Positions 23,545-35,340 of a stretch of DNA of 64,000 nt are shown piece after piece. Each line of letters starts with the position of its first letter. The first letter of the stretch is position 1. Under the pieces are notes generated by a model that had not been told where the DNA came from, ran no database searches, and saw nothing but the letters and a program-made list of their open reading frames with translations. The stretch is from Pristiophorus japonicus (Eukaryota), in NCBI RefSeq assembly GCF_044704955.1, contig NC_091987.1, positions 26,164,001 to 26,228,000 of the forward strand, read 5' to 3'. The position numbers and the translations under genes were made by a program.

Positions 23545-26445
23545 ACGAGGATCTAAATTAAAGAACAGGACCCCAAGGCTGATTATCTCTGGATTATTAA
23601 CTGAACCACGTGCAAATTGGAGTAGAGATAAGCTGATTAGGGTAGTGAACACTTGGCTAGAGGAGTGGCGTGTGAAAGAGCGTTTCCATTTCACAGGGCA
23701 CTGACAGCAGTACTGAAACAGGAAGGATCTGATCCGTTGTGACGAGCTCCACCTCAACTTGGCTGGGACCAGGCTCCTAGCAGAAAGGATAAACAGCACA
23801 GTCACAAGAACTTTAAGTGGGGCGGTGGCGGAGGGGGGTGGGGGGCAGGTGGAGGCCTCAGGTGGAAATTGCAGTACAAATAGTTCAAATACAAAGAATA
23901 GGGAAGAGAATAGAGTAACACTCGGAAATGTTGCTTTAGGCACGACAGATAAACGGATAAACTAAAAGATGTAAAATGCTTGAAGCAGGAGAGAGTAATA
24001 TGAAACAGGTGAGTAAAGCATTAGAGCTGAAGGACGGGCTGGAGTGTGGAGTCCAAATAACCATTCTTTACACAAACGCAATGACTATAAGGAATAAATT
24101 GAATGAACTGCAGGAACGCATTCAAATACAAAGAATAGGGAAGTGAATAGAGTAACACTCAGAAATGTTGCTTTAGGCACGACAGATAAACGGATAAACT
24201 AAAAGATGTAAAATGCTTGAAGCAGGAGAGAGTAATATGAAACAGGTGAGTAAACCAATTGGAGGGTATGGCATGATAGCCATTATTGAGACAAAGCTGC
24301 AAGATGGTCAGAACTAGTAACTAAGTATAAAAGGTTAAACAGTCTACAGGACAGATAGGAAAAATTGCAGTGGGGGTGGATAGCCTTAATCATTGAAATC
24401 ACAACAATAATGACAGAGTATATAACGAGAGGTAAGCAGGCAGTGAAGTCTTTATGTTAGAAATAAAAAATAGGAAAGGATTGAAAACTGTAGTGGGAAT
24501 CGTACATAGGCGCCCTGGTAGCAGCTGTGAAGTGCTGGATTGTATAAAGGCAGAGATTAGACAACTGTGTAGCAAAGGGAATTTAACTTTCATATAGATT
24601 GAATAAGCAGAACTAGCACATGTCAGAGAGGTAGTGAATTTCTTGAGTGTGTCTCGGATAGGTTTCTTCAAAAATATGTCCTAGAGGCAACAAGAGGGCA
24701 TGCCATATTAGATTTTGTAATGAGTAATGAGCCAGATTTATTTTACAGCCTAACTCTGCGTGAACATTTATCTAATAACGATCATTACATGATCGAGTTC
24801 AACATAGCGTTTGAAATGGAGCAACGTGAATCAGCTACTAAAATGCTAGATTTGATTAAGGCCGAATTCAACAGGATGAGATAGAGACTGTCCATAGTAA
24901 ACTGGGCAAATCTGTTAATGGGTAAAACTGCAGAACAGCAGTAGAATATTCTAAAATAAGTTAATGTGATAAACAATTAGTTGATACCCCTGAGGGGCAA
25001 GAGCTCTAATTGTCAAAAAAGCCCTGGACGATTAAAGAGGTAAAGGAAAGCATAAAACTATCAGAAAAAGCACAGATAAATGCAAAGATTCTGGCGAATG
25101 GGAAAGATAGAAAGAGCAGCAAAGGATCACGAAACATGTAGTAACAGCTACAAAAGGAAAAGGAAACTTATCAAATTCAATACAAATATTTTTTACAATT
25201 ACATGAGGAAAAAGAGGATAGACCACAGCAATGTTGGCCCCTTAAAACTGAAAGCAGTGATATTGTCTATGAAAATAAGGAAATATCGAACATGTTGAAT
25301 AATTACTTTGCATCAGTATTTACAGTAGAGGATGAGAATAGTATGCCGGAAATCCCAAGGAAACTAAATCAGGGTGAGGGACTCAATAAAATTAACGTAA
25401 GTAAAATAACATTAATGAAGAAAAAAATGGCACTAAAGAGTGACAGGTCCCCAGGACCAGATGGTTTCCATTCCAGGGTTTTAAAGGGAGTAGGTGAGAA
25501 CATTGCAAATGCCTTAACTATAATTTTCTGCTGTCTTCTCAATTCACGAACTGTTCTTTTAGATTGGAAAATTGAGCACAACACTCTGCTGTTGAAAAAT
25601 GGCGAGAGAGGGAAAACCAGCGAATTATAGACCAGTTAGCCTAACATTTGTTGTCTATAATGAAGATCGGGTGAATGAAAACCTCAAAAATCAAAGAGAT
25701 CCAACATGGATTTCTGAAAGGTTGTTCATGACTGCAAAACCTGCCTATTCAATGGCAATACCATCGCCATATCCCCCATCATCAACATCCTGCGGGTCAC
25801 CATTGACCAGAAGCATAACTGGACGCGCCACATAAATACTTTGTCAACAACAGCAGGCCAGAAGCTGGGTATCTGTGATGACTGTTTCACCTCCTGACTG
25901 CCCAAAGCCTTTCCATCAACTACAAGGCACAAGTCAGCAGTGTGATGGATTACTCTTAACTTGCTTGGATGAGTGCAGCTCCAACAAACACTCAAGAAAC
26001 TCGATGCCATCCAGGACAAAAACAGCACACATGATTGTCACCCCATCCACCACTTTAAACATTCATCCCCTTCAGCACCAGCGCACCATGGCTGCAGCAT
26101 GTACTGTAGCTTGTACTAGGCTTCTTCGGCAGCATCTCCCAAACCCGCGACCTCTAATCCCTAGAATATCAAGGGCAGCAGGCGTATGTGAACACCATCA
26201 CCTCCATGTTCTCCTCCAGGTCACACATCGTTCTGACTTGAAAATTATTCGCAGTTACTTCATCATCACTGAGCCAAAATCCTAGAACTCCCTCCCTAAC
26301 AGCACTGTGGGAGCACGTTCACCACACGGACTGCAGCGGCTCAAGAGGCAGCGGCTCACCACCACCTTCCCAAGGGCAATTAGGGATGGGCAATAAAGGC
26401 TGGCATTGCCAGCTATGCCCACATCGTATGAACAAATAAAAAAAA
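23545..26445 (+). mobile_element. Old CR1 (ORF1 end plus ORF2 remnant) followed by the 3' fragment of a second non-LTR element (25730-26445)
   Basis: MLNNYFASVFT and SPGPDGFH remnants; the second element ends in gggcaattagggatgggcaataaa...gcccacatc-poly(A), as at 33760-34415. Confidence 0.75.
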
Positions 26446-26789
26446 CCACATGCATTACCTAGGCCCGTTAGGATCCTTAACACAGCTCTCATAATAATTT
26501 GATCAATGAGCTGTGCTAGATAGGATGCCCATCCGGAAATCGAAAAATAGCAGCATCAAGGTTTGCGGTGAAGGAACACAAGGCCGAACAGTTGAATAAA
26601 CAAATATTCTTTCTCAGTCACGTATAACCTGGTGATTTTAGAGTCCCTAAACCAGCATTCAGAGCAATAAAAGGGCAGAATGTGATGCAACCCAAGGTCG
26701 AAGAGCTGAAACAACAAATGTTGTTTGTCCACCGAAATTCACTCCCCAAACTGATCGTAACACATGGTGTTGTTTTGTCCTCCACACAG

Positions 26790-27128
26790 AGAAAGACCAA
26801 GAGGTCACGCACCCAAATGTGACCATTTTCGACCCATCAGACGAAGAGATTAACACCCGGAAGAAAGCCACCATTGTGTGCCTGGCCAGTGACTTCTTTC
26901 CGGACTTCGTGAAGTTCTCCTGGATGGTGAACAAGGAGAAGATCGAAGACAAAGATGTCTTGACCGACAAGCCGGTTAAGGACGAGGCAGGCCGCTACTA
27001 CAGTGTGGCCAGCAGGGTAACTGTCCCCGTGGAAGAATGGGGCCGGAAGGAATATTCATGCCATGTGACACATTACAGCAAAGATGGGGAAGAGGTGCAT
27101 CGAGAGGCCAAGACCAGCAGTAAGAGGG
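26790..27128 (+). CDS. TRBC: TCR beta constant region exon 1 (Ig C1 domain)
   Basis: Acceptor tccacacag|; (E)KDQEVTHPNVTIFDPSDEEINTRKKATIVCLASDFFPDFVKFSW...YYSVASRVTVPVEEWGRKEYSCHVTHYSKDGEEVHREAKTSSKR; matches the C-beta motifs PS.EI...KAT.VCLA..F.PD and YS..SR; donor G|GTGAGT. Confidence 0.95.
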
Positions 27129-28028
27129 GTGAGTTTCTTCAGTTCCTGGAACTACCTGCGCCAAGGATCATTCAGGTGGGAGGGCGGGGAGGGGGGGGGG
27201 GGTGAGGTGTTGCGGGGTCATTCTCCCCGAACGCCACCCATGTTGAGTGCAAAGCTGGTTTCATCCCCTGCCCAATATTGACTCCAGTGGTGCATCTAAT
27301 CGGGTGGTAGTGTAAAAACATTGTTGCACCCGATCGCATCCGGTCCCCAACAAGCAGAATAGATTAAAGTTGCACACATAAGTTTGCCACTATCAGCGTA
27401 AGACTGTTAAAGTACCGAAAAATAATTAAAAAAATTAATTGAATCATTTAAAATCCTGTTAAATAAGCTAAGTTTATTTTTAGAACCTTTAAATATATGT
27501 AACTTTATTTTTCAAAATATTAAATTTTTGCTTTAAATAATTAATGAAATTCCATTTTATTAATTTGAAATATTTGATGTTTTTAATAGATATTTTTCGT
27601 GTTTCAGTGTTTCGGGGGATATTGCCATTCATACTTATGGTGGTTCCGTATATACAGAATTACCATAATTATTGGATGGGGATTGCCTCTACTCTGATAG
27701 GTTGGGGCAGGCCACGTGTTCCTTGTGAAGCATATGGTTCCTGAGCTACTTGGGCCTCTAAGAAGGCCTTGGCGTGGAGGCCCAGGACCGCAAGTCACCG
27801 AAATTCTGGGGCCACCAGCAACTTTCATGGTAATTTCCCGACCCCAAATTCTGAGCCATTATTACCCTCCTCACTATTACGAGGCTTACAACTGTTTTTG
27901 TCTTGTAGGTAAATGCACAACTCTATGTGTGAAGAAGTCGATTGTACCCTATGCTACTGGTATAAATTGAAAGTTGCATTTTATGCACAAATAATTAAAG
28001 TAATTTCTCTTTTTTTTATTGCTTACAG

Positions 28029-28046
28029 GCATCTGTGAAGGGACTG
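28029..28046 (+). CDS. TRBC: TRBC exon 2 (18-nt hinge with interchain Cys; GICEGT)
   Basis: Polypyrimidine tract + ttacag|, donor G|GTAAGC, phase 1-1; an 18-nt Cys mini-exon is typical of TRBC. Confidence 0.9.
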
Positions 28047-28169
28047 GTAAGCAGATCCAATATTGTATACGTTTGCACTAGGCTCTTTTTGTCTCTCGTT
28101 CTCTCTTATACACACTTGTCTTTTTAACTTGTCTTGAACAGGTACAAAAATTATCAAAAACGCTCATGG

Positions 28170-29110
28170 AATCATAGAATCACTTAAATTTACATCATGT
28201 TTTCAGCGGCTGACCAAGAGCTATCCAGCCCAATCCCACTTTCCAGCTCTTGGTCCGTAGACCTGTAGGTTACGGCACTTCAAGTGCATGCCAAGTACTT
28301 TTTAAATGTGGTGCGGGATTCTGCCTCTACCACTCTTTCAGGCAGTGAGTTCCAGACCCCCACAATGCTCTGGGTGAAAATAATTACCCTAAGTTTCCCT
28401 CTACACAACCTACCAATTCCTTTAAATCTTGGTTGTTGACCCTGCTAAGGGAAATAGGTCCTTCCTATCCACTCTAACTGTCATAATTTTATACACCTCA
28501 ATAAAGTCTCGCCTCATCTCATCTGCTCCAAAGTAAACAACCCCAGCCTATCCAAACTTTTCTCATAGCTATAATTCTCCAGTCCCGGCAACATTCTCGT
28601 AAATCTCCTTTGTACCCGCTCTAAAGCAATCACATATTTCCTATAATATGGTGACCGGAACTGCACACAGTACTCTAGCTGTGGCCTAACTAGTGTTTCA
28701 TACAGTTCAAACATAATCTCCATGCTCTTGTATTCCATGCCTCGGCTAATAAAGGCAAGCATTCCGTATGCCTTCTTAACCACCTTATCAACCTGGTCTG
28801 CTACTTTCAGCGTTCTATGGACATATACTCCAAGGTCCCTTTGTTCCTCTACACCTCTCAGTGTCCTACCAGTTATTGTGTATTCCCTTGCTTTGTTAGC
28901 CCTCATCAAATGCATTACATCACTCTTCTCTGGAGTGAATTCCATTTGCTACTGTTCTGCCCACCTGACTAATTCATTGATATCTTCCTGCATTCCGCAG
29001 CTTTCTTCATTATCTACCACACAGCCGCATTTAGTATCATCAGCAAACGTCTTAATCATACCCCTACGTTCAAGTCTAGATCATTAATGTAGACCACAAA
29101 AAGCAGTGGC
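28170..29110 (-). mobile_element. CR1 fragment in TRBC intron 2
   Basis: 143-aa ORF with RPQLEYCVQF. Confidence 0.85.
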
Positions 29111-31131
29111 CTAAAGAGTGTTGTAAGCAGTTCCAGAACTGCCTCCCTGCTCTTGTATTCGATGCCACCATGTGAACCTTTATATCTAAAGGACTAGAAT
29201 ACAAAGGGTTAGACACAATGATACAGCTCTACAAACGCAGGTTAGACTGCACCTGGAGCACTATGTTCATTTCTGGGTAACACACCTTGGGAAGGATACA
29301 TTGGCCTTGGAAGGAGTGCAGCGTAGATTTATTGGAATGGTATCTGGACTCCAAGGCTTAAATTACATGGAAATATTGGATCTGAAATTGTGGGCAAATG
29401 CCTCCGACCTGAAATATTTCTACGAAATTACCTGGTGGTCCTGGAGGAGCGTGGGATTCCAGTGGGGAGGCATTTTCTTCCCGCACTGCAGAGTGTGCTC
29501 CCGTCCTCCAGGTTCCCATGCAGAAGGCACAGTCACGTGTGACTGCTCAGCGAATCAGGTACAATATTCCACAGCTTTTGCATTAATAGCAATGAGAATT
29601 CCGTATCTACCTGTTCTCATTGCTATTAATGAGAGAAAAACCCAAACACACTAAACACATGTAATAATAAATAAAAAACACATCTTGCATAATTAAAATT
29701 AATTAAATTTAAAGTTAATAAATATCAGAGAATTCTTTTTACGAGTTTTTAAAAAGGTTTTTAATTATGGTTCAAAATAAATGTAACGTAGTGGGCAGTG
29801 TATTTCAAAATAATATGTTTTTTTAAAATTTAATTTTATTACATTTTTGTATGTTTTTAAAATCTTAAGCCTGTAAAATTGGGCTATACACCTGCTTTTA
29901 TCAGGCGCAAGGATTACACTTACTGGGGTTGTATTACCTGGAATTTAGAAGATTAAAGGGTGATTTGGTCGAATTTAAACGATATTCAAGGGATCTGATA
30001 GGATAGTTAGAGAGAAAATATTTCTGCTTCTTGGGGAGTCTAGGAGTATGGGGGGGGGCATAGTATAACAATTAGAGCCAGACCTTTCAGGAGTGAAGTT
30101 AAGAAACACGGCTGCATGCAAAGGGTGTTAGATGATTGGAACTGTATCAACATACAGCTGTCTTACATGAAATGACAGGCATTTGATAGAATCACAGGGG
30201 GATAAATTCATTACCTCCTCTTTTGGAACCGGTAACATTTGAGAGGCTGGACATTAGACTGTCCAGACCCTCATGATTCTGAACACATCTATCAAATCGC
30301 CTCGCAGCCTTCTCTGTGCCAAGGAAAAAATCGCAACTTCCCAGTCTATACATGTACGTGAAGTCCTTCATTACTGGATTCATTATCCTAAATCTTTTAT
30401 GTACCTTCTCTAAGGTCTTCACATCCTTCCTGAAATGCAATGCACTGAAATGGAGTCCCTACTTTAAAGATCTGAGTAGTGGAAAGCTGTTTCCAACCTA
30501 GACTTGCTTGGGGCTGGGGGGTGGGGGGGGGGGCTTTCTTTATTAGTACACTGCTTTTTTTAAAGACGAAAGAAGATTAAATCATATACTGTTAGTATTT
30601 ACCGTGCCCGTGACCTAACATGTAACAAGATTATCACACATCACTCCTGTGCTCGCTGACCTATTTTGGCCGCTGATTTGACAACAGCGCAGTTTCAAAA
30701 TTCTCATGCTCATCTTCGAAACTGTCCATGGCCTCATGCCCTCCCTATCTCTGTAACACTCTCCATTCCTACACTCCTCCAAGATCTCTGGGCCCCTCCA
30801 ATTTTTCCCGCATGCACCTCCCCGATTTTGATCGTTCCACAATTGGCGGCCGTGCCTTGAACTGCCTGGGCCCTGAGGTCTGGACTTCCCTCCCTGAACT
30901 TCTCCACCTCTGCCCCTCTGCCTTTCCTCCTTTACGACTGCCGAAAACCAACCAAACATTTGATCACCTGTCCCAGTATCTCCTCACGTGACTCGGTCTC
31001 AATTGTTGTTCGATATATGCTTCGGAGAAGTGCATGGAAAAGGTGAAACGCAAGTTATGTTTTACTGAGATTCGCTGCAGGAAATCGGATTTGGCGTCAA
31101 TAATTGTTTTCCTCTTTTCAATGCCTTCTAG

Positions 31132-31241
31132 CGGAGCGGGTTCAAAAGCAACAAGTTCTGGCGAAAACAACCTATTTTTTACTCATCTCCAAGAGCTTCC
31201 TTTACATGGCCATAGTCACCATCCTGGTGCTCAAGGTGAAG
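31132..31241 (+). CDS. TRBC: TRBC exon 3 (connecting peptide and transmembrane: AERVQKQQVLAKTTYFLLISKSFLYMAIVTILVLKVK)
   Basis: Acceptor tgccttctag|, phase 1 to 0, Y-x-LL-x-x-K-S-x-x-Y antigen-receptor TM motif with intramembrane Lys, donor AAG|GTATGA. Confidence 0.93.
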
Positions 31242-31499
31242 GTATGAAAAATATAGAGGCTAGACACTTTGCTCCACAGTAGAATAGTTCTCATTTCTTC
31301 TTTCCCAATGTTCAACCATCTCTTCGTTTTTAGACCGCATTAAGGGGCATTCCCCCAGGCAATGCTCTACCTACTGTCCCCGATCCAAGTCAGCCATGCA
31401 CGAGGAAAGTGAAATAGACAGGGCGATGGAGACCACTATTTGACTGCGATAAGTTTTGACACAATTGCACTACAGTTGATCTGGATCCCGCATCAAGGC

Positions 31500-32520
31500 G
31501 CTCACAATGTTGTCCCCTCCCCAATAAGGGAGAGACAGATTGAGGGAGAATGATAGCGGGGCACAGAGAGGGACAGCGAGAGACAGATAAAGAGTGAGTG
31601 AGACAGAGGGAGAGAAACCTACAGCTAGACAGAGAGAGGGAGAGAGTGACACAAATACACACGTATATATAAAGAGAGAGCGAGAGAGAGGGAGAGAAAG
31701 ACAGACAAATACAGAGATACAAACAGGCAGACAAAGAGATAAATATATATAGAGAGAGCGACAGATACAGAGAGTGTGAGGGAGGCAGAAAATGTTAGGG
31801 ATAGTGAGGAAGACACAAAGAGAGAGAGAGAGAAAGAAGGAAAGTGAAGCAGAGAGAGAGAGAGAGAGAGACAGAAAGACAGAGTTTAATAGACAAAGAA
31901 AGAGAGCCAGAAGAAGAGGGAGAGAGTGACATAAAGTCTGATATAGACAGAAAGAAAGAGGGGAAAGTGGGTGAGACAGAAAGAAAAGTGACATATACAG
32001 AAAGAGAGAGAGCTGGGGACAGTGAGAATGAGACAGCGAGAGACAGAGCCGGAAAGAGAGTGTTAGAGATAGAAAGAAAGAGATTCATAGAGAGAGAGAG
32101 ACATATAAGGAGAGATGGCGGGAGAAATACAAATAGATTTAGACAGGTAGATGAGAGAAAGTGGGAGACAGAGAGAGAGAGTGTGGAAGAAACAGAGAGA
32201 TATAGAGAGACATATACAGACAAATTGAAAATACAGAACGAGAAAGAAAGAAAGACAGAATGTAAGAAAGGCAGAAAGAAAGAGAGGTTTAAGAAAGAAA
32301 GTACGAAAGACCAAAAAAATGATATAGACAAGTAAATGAAAGGAAAGAAACAGGTAGACACAAAAAGTGGGAGAGACGGAGATAGGGAGAAAGAGGGTGA
32401 AGGAGATACAGTGATGGAGGGAAGGAGCGCCAGAGAGGGGCGATTATGTGTGAAAGAGAGACAGACAGAATAACAGAGAGTGTAGGGTGGGGGGGGGGGG
32501 AGGTGGGGATGGAGGGGAAA
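31500..32520. repeat. GA/GAAA-rich low complexity
   Basis: Direct reading. Confidence 0.9.
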
Positions 32521-35047
32521 TATAATAATTAATTTGATTTGCATTTGATTCCAGCGTTGTTCATCGCACCACCTACCCTTATAGAAACTTGATCAGTGCA
32601 AGGATAATGTCTACACTTGACCAATGTGAACTTGGCATCCGAGTAGAAGTTTAAGACCAGAGTTGAAATTATCAAGCTTTGGACATTAACTAGAAATAGC
32701 TTTGCCGGCACAGCACCTGTGTCTTCTACTTTTTTTATTTATCTGTTCAAGGGATGTGGGCGTCGCTGGCAAGCCTTTATTGTCCATCCCTAATTGCCCT
32801 TGACAAGGTGGTGGTGTGGCCCCTTAAACAACTGAGTGGCTTGCTGGGCAATTTCAGAATGCAGTTGCTGTGATTTTGGAGTTCATATATAAGCCAACGC
32901 GGGTAAGGATGATAGATTTCCTTCGCTAAAGGACATTCGTGAAGCAGATGGGTTTTGTACGACAACCCGGTAGTTTCATGGTCAAAATGATTAAATAGAC
33001 AGAGAGAGAGACAGAGATGGAGACAGCTATTTTTCCATGAAACGTTTTGATTCACTGCTGGGAGACAAAACCAACAATAATACACCAAAAGTGATCTGAA
33101 TCCCACGTCAAGTTTTTTTCAATTTTCTCCCCTCCCCAATAAGGGAGAAACAGATTGAGAGAGGAACAGATAAAGAGTGTTAATTCCAGATTCGTTAACG
33201 GAATTTAAGTTCCCCAGCTGTTTAGGTGGTATTTGAGTTAATGACCCCGGATCATTATTCCAGGCCTCGAAATTACTAGTCAGTAACATAACCACCATTC
33301 TACCGTAACTCATACTAAAATGCATCGGACCAAGTTTGTAGTTAATCCTCACATTGCTGTATGTTGGTGCTTCATTCGCCTACTTTCCATCTAGTTAACT
33401 GTGTGCTCCACGCTCCCACTTTAAACATCAATTGACTTCTACCTGAGATGGCATTGAATCATTGAGACTCATTTCAATGTATCCTTCAATCCCACAGCAC
33501 AGGAGGAGACCATTCGCTCCATCGCACATCTGCCAGCTTTTTGAAAGAGCTATCTGGTTAATCCCACGCTCCTGCTCTTTACCCATAGCCCAGCAAACTT
33601 TTCCCCTTTCAAGTATCTATACAAATCCCCTCTTAACATTTACTATTGAGTCTGTTTCCGCAGTCCTCATCTCTCCCTGTGTTTTTTTTAGCCAATTATC
33701 TCAACCCTATATCCACCCCGACTGTTCCTTCATAATGGGTGGGCGGGGCGGGGGTTGGGAATCAGAAACTTAACTGGACCAGCCACATAAATACTGTGGC
33801 AACAAGAGCACGTCAGAGGCTGGGTATTCTGCGGCGTGTGTCTCATCTCCTGACTCCCCAAAGCCTTTGCACCATCTACAAGGCACAAGTCAGGAGTGTG
33901 ATGGAATAGTCTCCACTTGCCTGGATGAGTGCAGCCATAACAACACGCAAAAAGCTCGCCAGCGTCCAGGGCAAAGCAGCCCGCTTGATTGGCACCCCGT
34001 GTTCCAACTTGAACATTCATTCCCCCACCACTGGCGCATCGTGGTTACAGTGTGTACCAACTACAAGATGCACTGCAGCATTTCGAACAATTCATATTTG
34101 GCAGCATCTCACAAACCCGTGACATCTACCGGCTAGAAGGATAAGGGCAGCAGGCGCATGGGAACATCATCGCCTGCAAGTTCCCCTCCAAGTTACAAAC
34201 TATTGTGACTTGGAAATATATCGCCATTCGTTCATCGTCGCTGAGTAAAAATCCTGGAACTCCCTCTCTAACAACACACTGGTAGCACCTTCTCAACACG
34301 GACTGCAGCGGTTCAAAAAGGCGGCTAACCCGCCTTCTCAAGGGCAATTAAAGATGGACAATAACTGCTGGCCTTGCCAGCAATGCCCACATCCCAGGAA
34401 CACATTTAAAAAAAATGCAATGCTCAATGAATTATTCCATTGAAAGTTGGCATCTAGGTACAGCAGGCGGTGAAAAAGGCAAATGGTATGTTGGCCTTCA
34501 TAGCTAGGAGATTTGAGTATAGGAGCAGGGAGATCTTACTGCAGTTGTACAGGGCCTCAGTGAGGCCTCACCTGGAATATTGTGTTCAGTTTTGGTCTCC
34601 AAATCTGAGGAAGGACGTTCTTGCTATTGAGGGATTGCAGCGAAGATTCACCAGACTGATTCCCGGGATGGCAGAACTGTCATATGAGGAGAGACTGCAT
34701 CGACTGGGCCTGAATTCACTGGAGTTTAGAAGGATGAGAGGGGATCTCATAGAAACATATAAGATGCTGACCGGGAGTGGATGCACGAAGAATGTTGCCG
34801 ATGTTAGGGAAGTCCAGAACCAGGGGACATAGTCTAAGGATCAGGGGTAAGCCATTTAGGACTGAGATGAGGAGAAATTTCTTCACTCAGAGAGTTGTTA
34901 ACCTGTGGAATTCCTTACCGCAGAGAGTTGTTGATGCCCGTTCATTGGATATATTCAATATATACAATATTGAATATATACAATATATTGGCTCTTACGG
35001 CTAAAGGGATCAAGGGATATGGAGAGAAAGCAAGAAAAGGGATACTG

Positions 35048-35340
35048 AGCGGCAGTTGGTGAGAGGCGGGAGCGGCCTATAAAGGCCCAGCGGGAGATCG
35101 AGAGCCAGCGGCAGTTGGTGAGAGGCGGGAGCGACCGATAAAGGCCCAGCGGGAGATCGAGAGCCAGCGGCAGTTGGTGAGAGGTGGGAGCGACCTATAA
35201 AGGCCCAGCGGGAGATCGAGAGCCAGCGGCAGTTGGTGATAGGCGGGAGCGACCTATACAGGCCCAGTGGGAGCTCGAGAGTCAGCAGCAGTTGGTGAGA
35301 GGTGGGAGCAGTGTCGGAGTGGCCTATAAAAGGCGTACCG
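35048..35340 (+). repeat. 59-bp tandem monomers in the LINE 5' UTR
   Basis: Units start at 35048, 35107, 35166, 35225, 35284 (agcggcagttggtgagaggcgggagcg.cctataaaggccc...). Confidence 0.9.

Noticed and set aside
26481-26600. J-like CGEGTQGRTVE and cacagctc...gagctgtg inverted repeat before C exon 1
   Set aside because: No nonamer at 12-bp spacing, no Phe, in-frame stop and no donor
35048-35340. 59-bp repeats as a CRISPR array
   Set aside because: Head-to-tail with no unique spacers; they form the 5' UTR of a eukaryotic LINE
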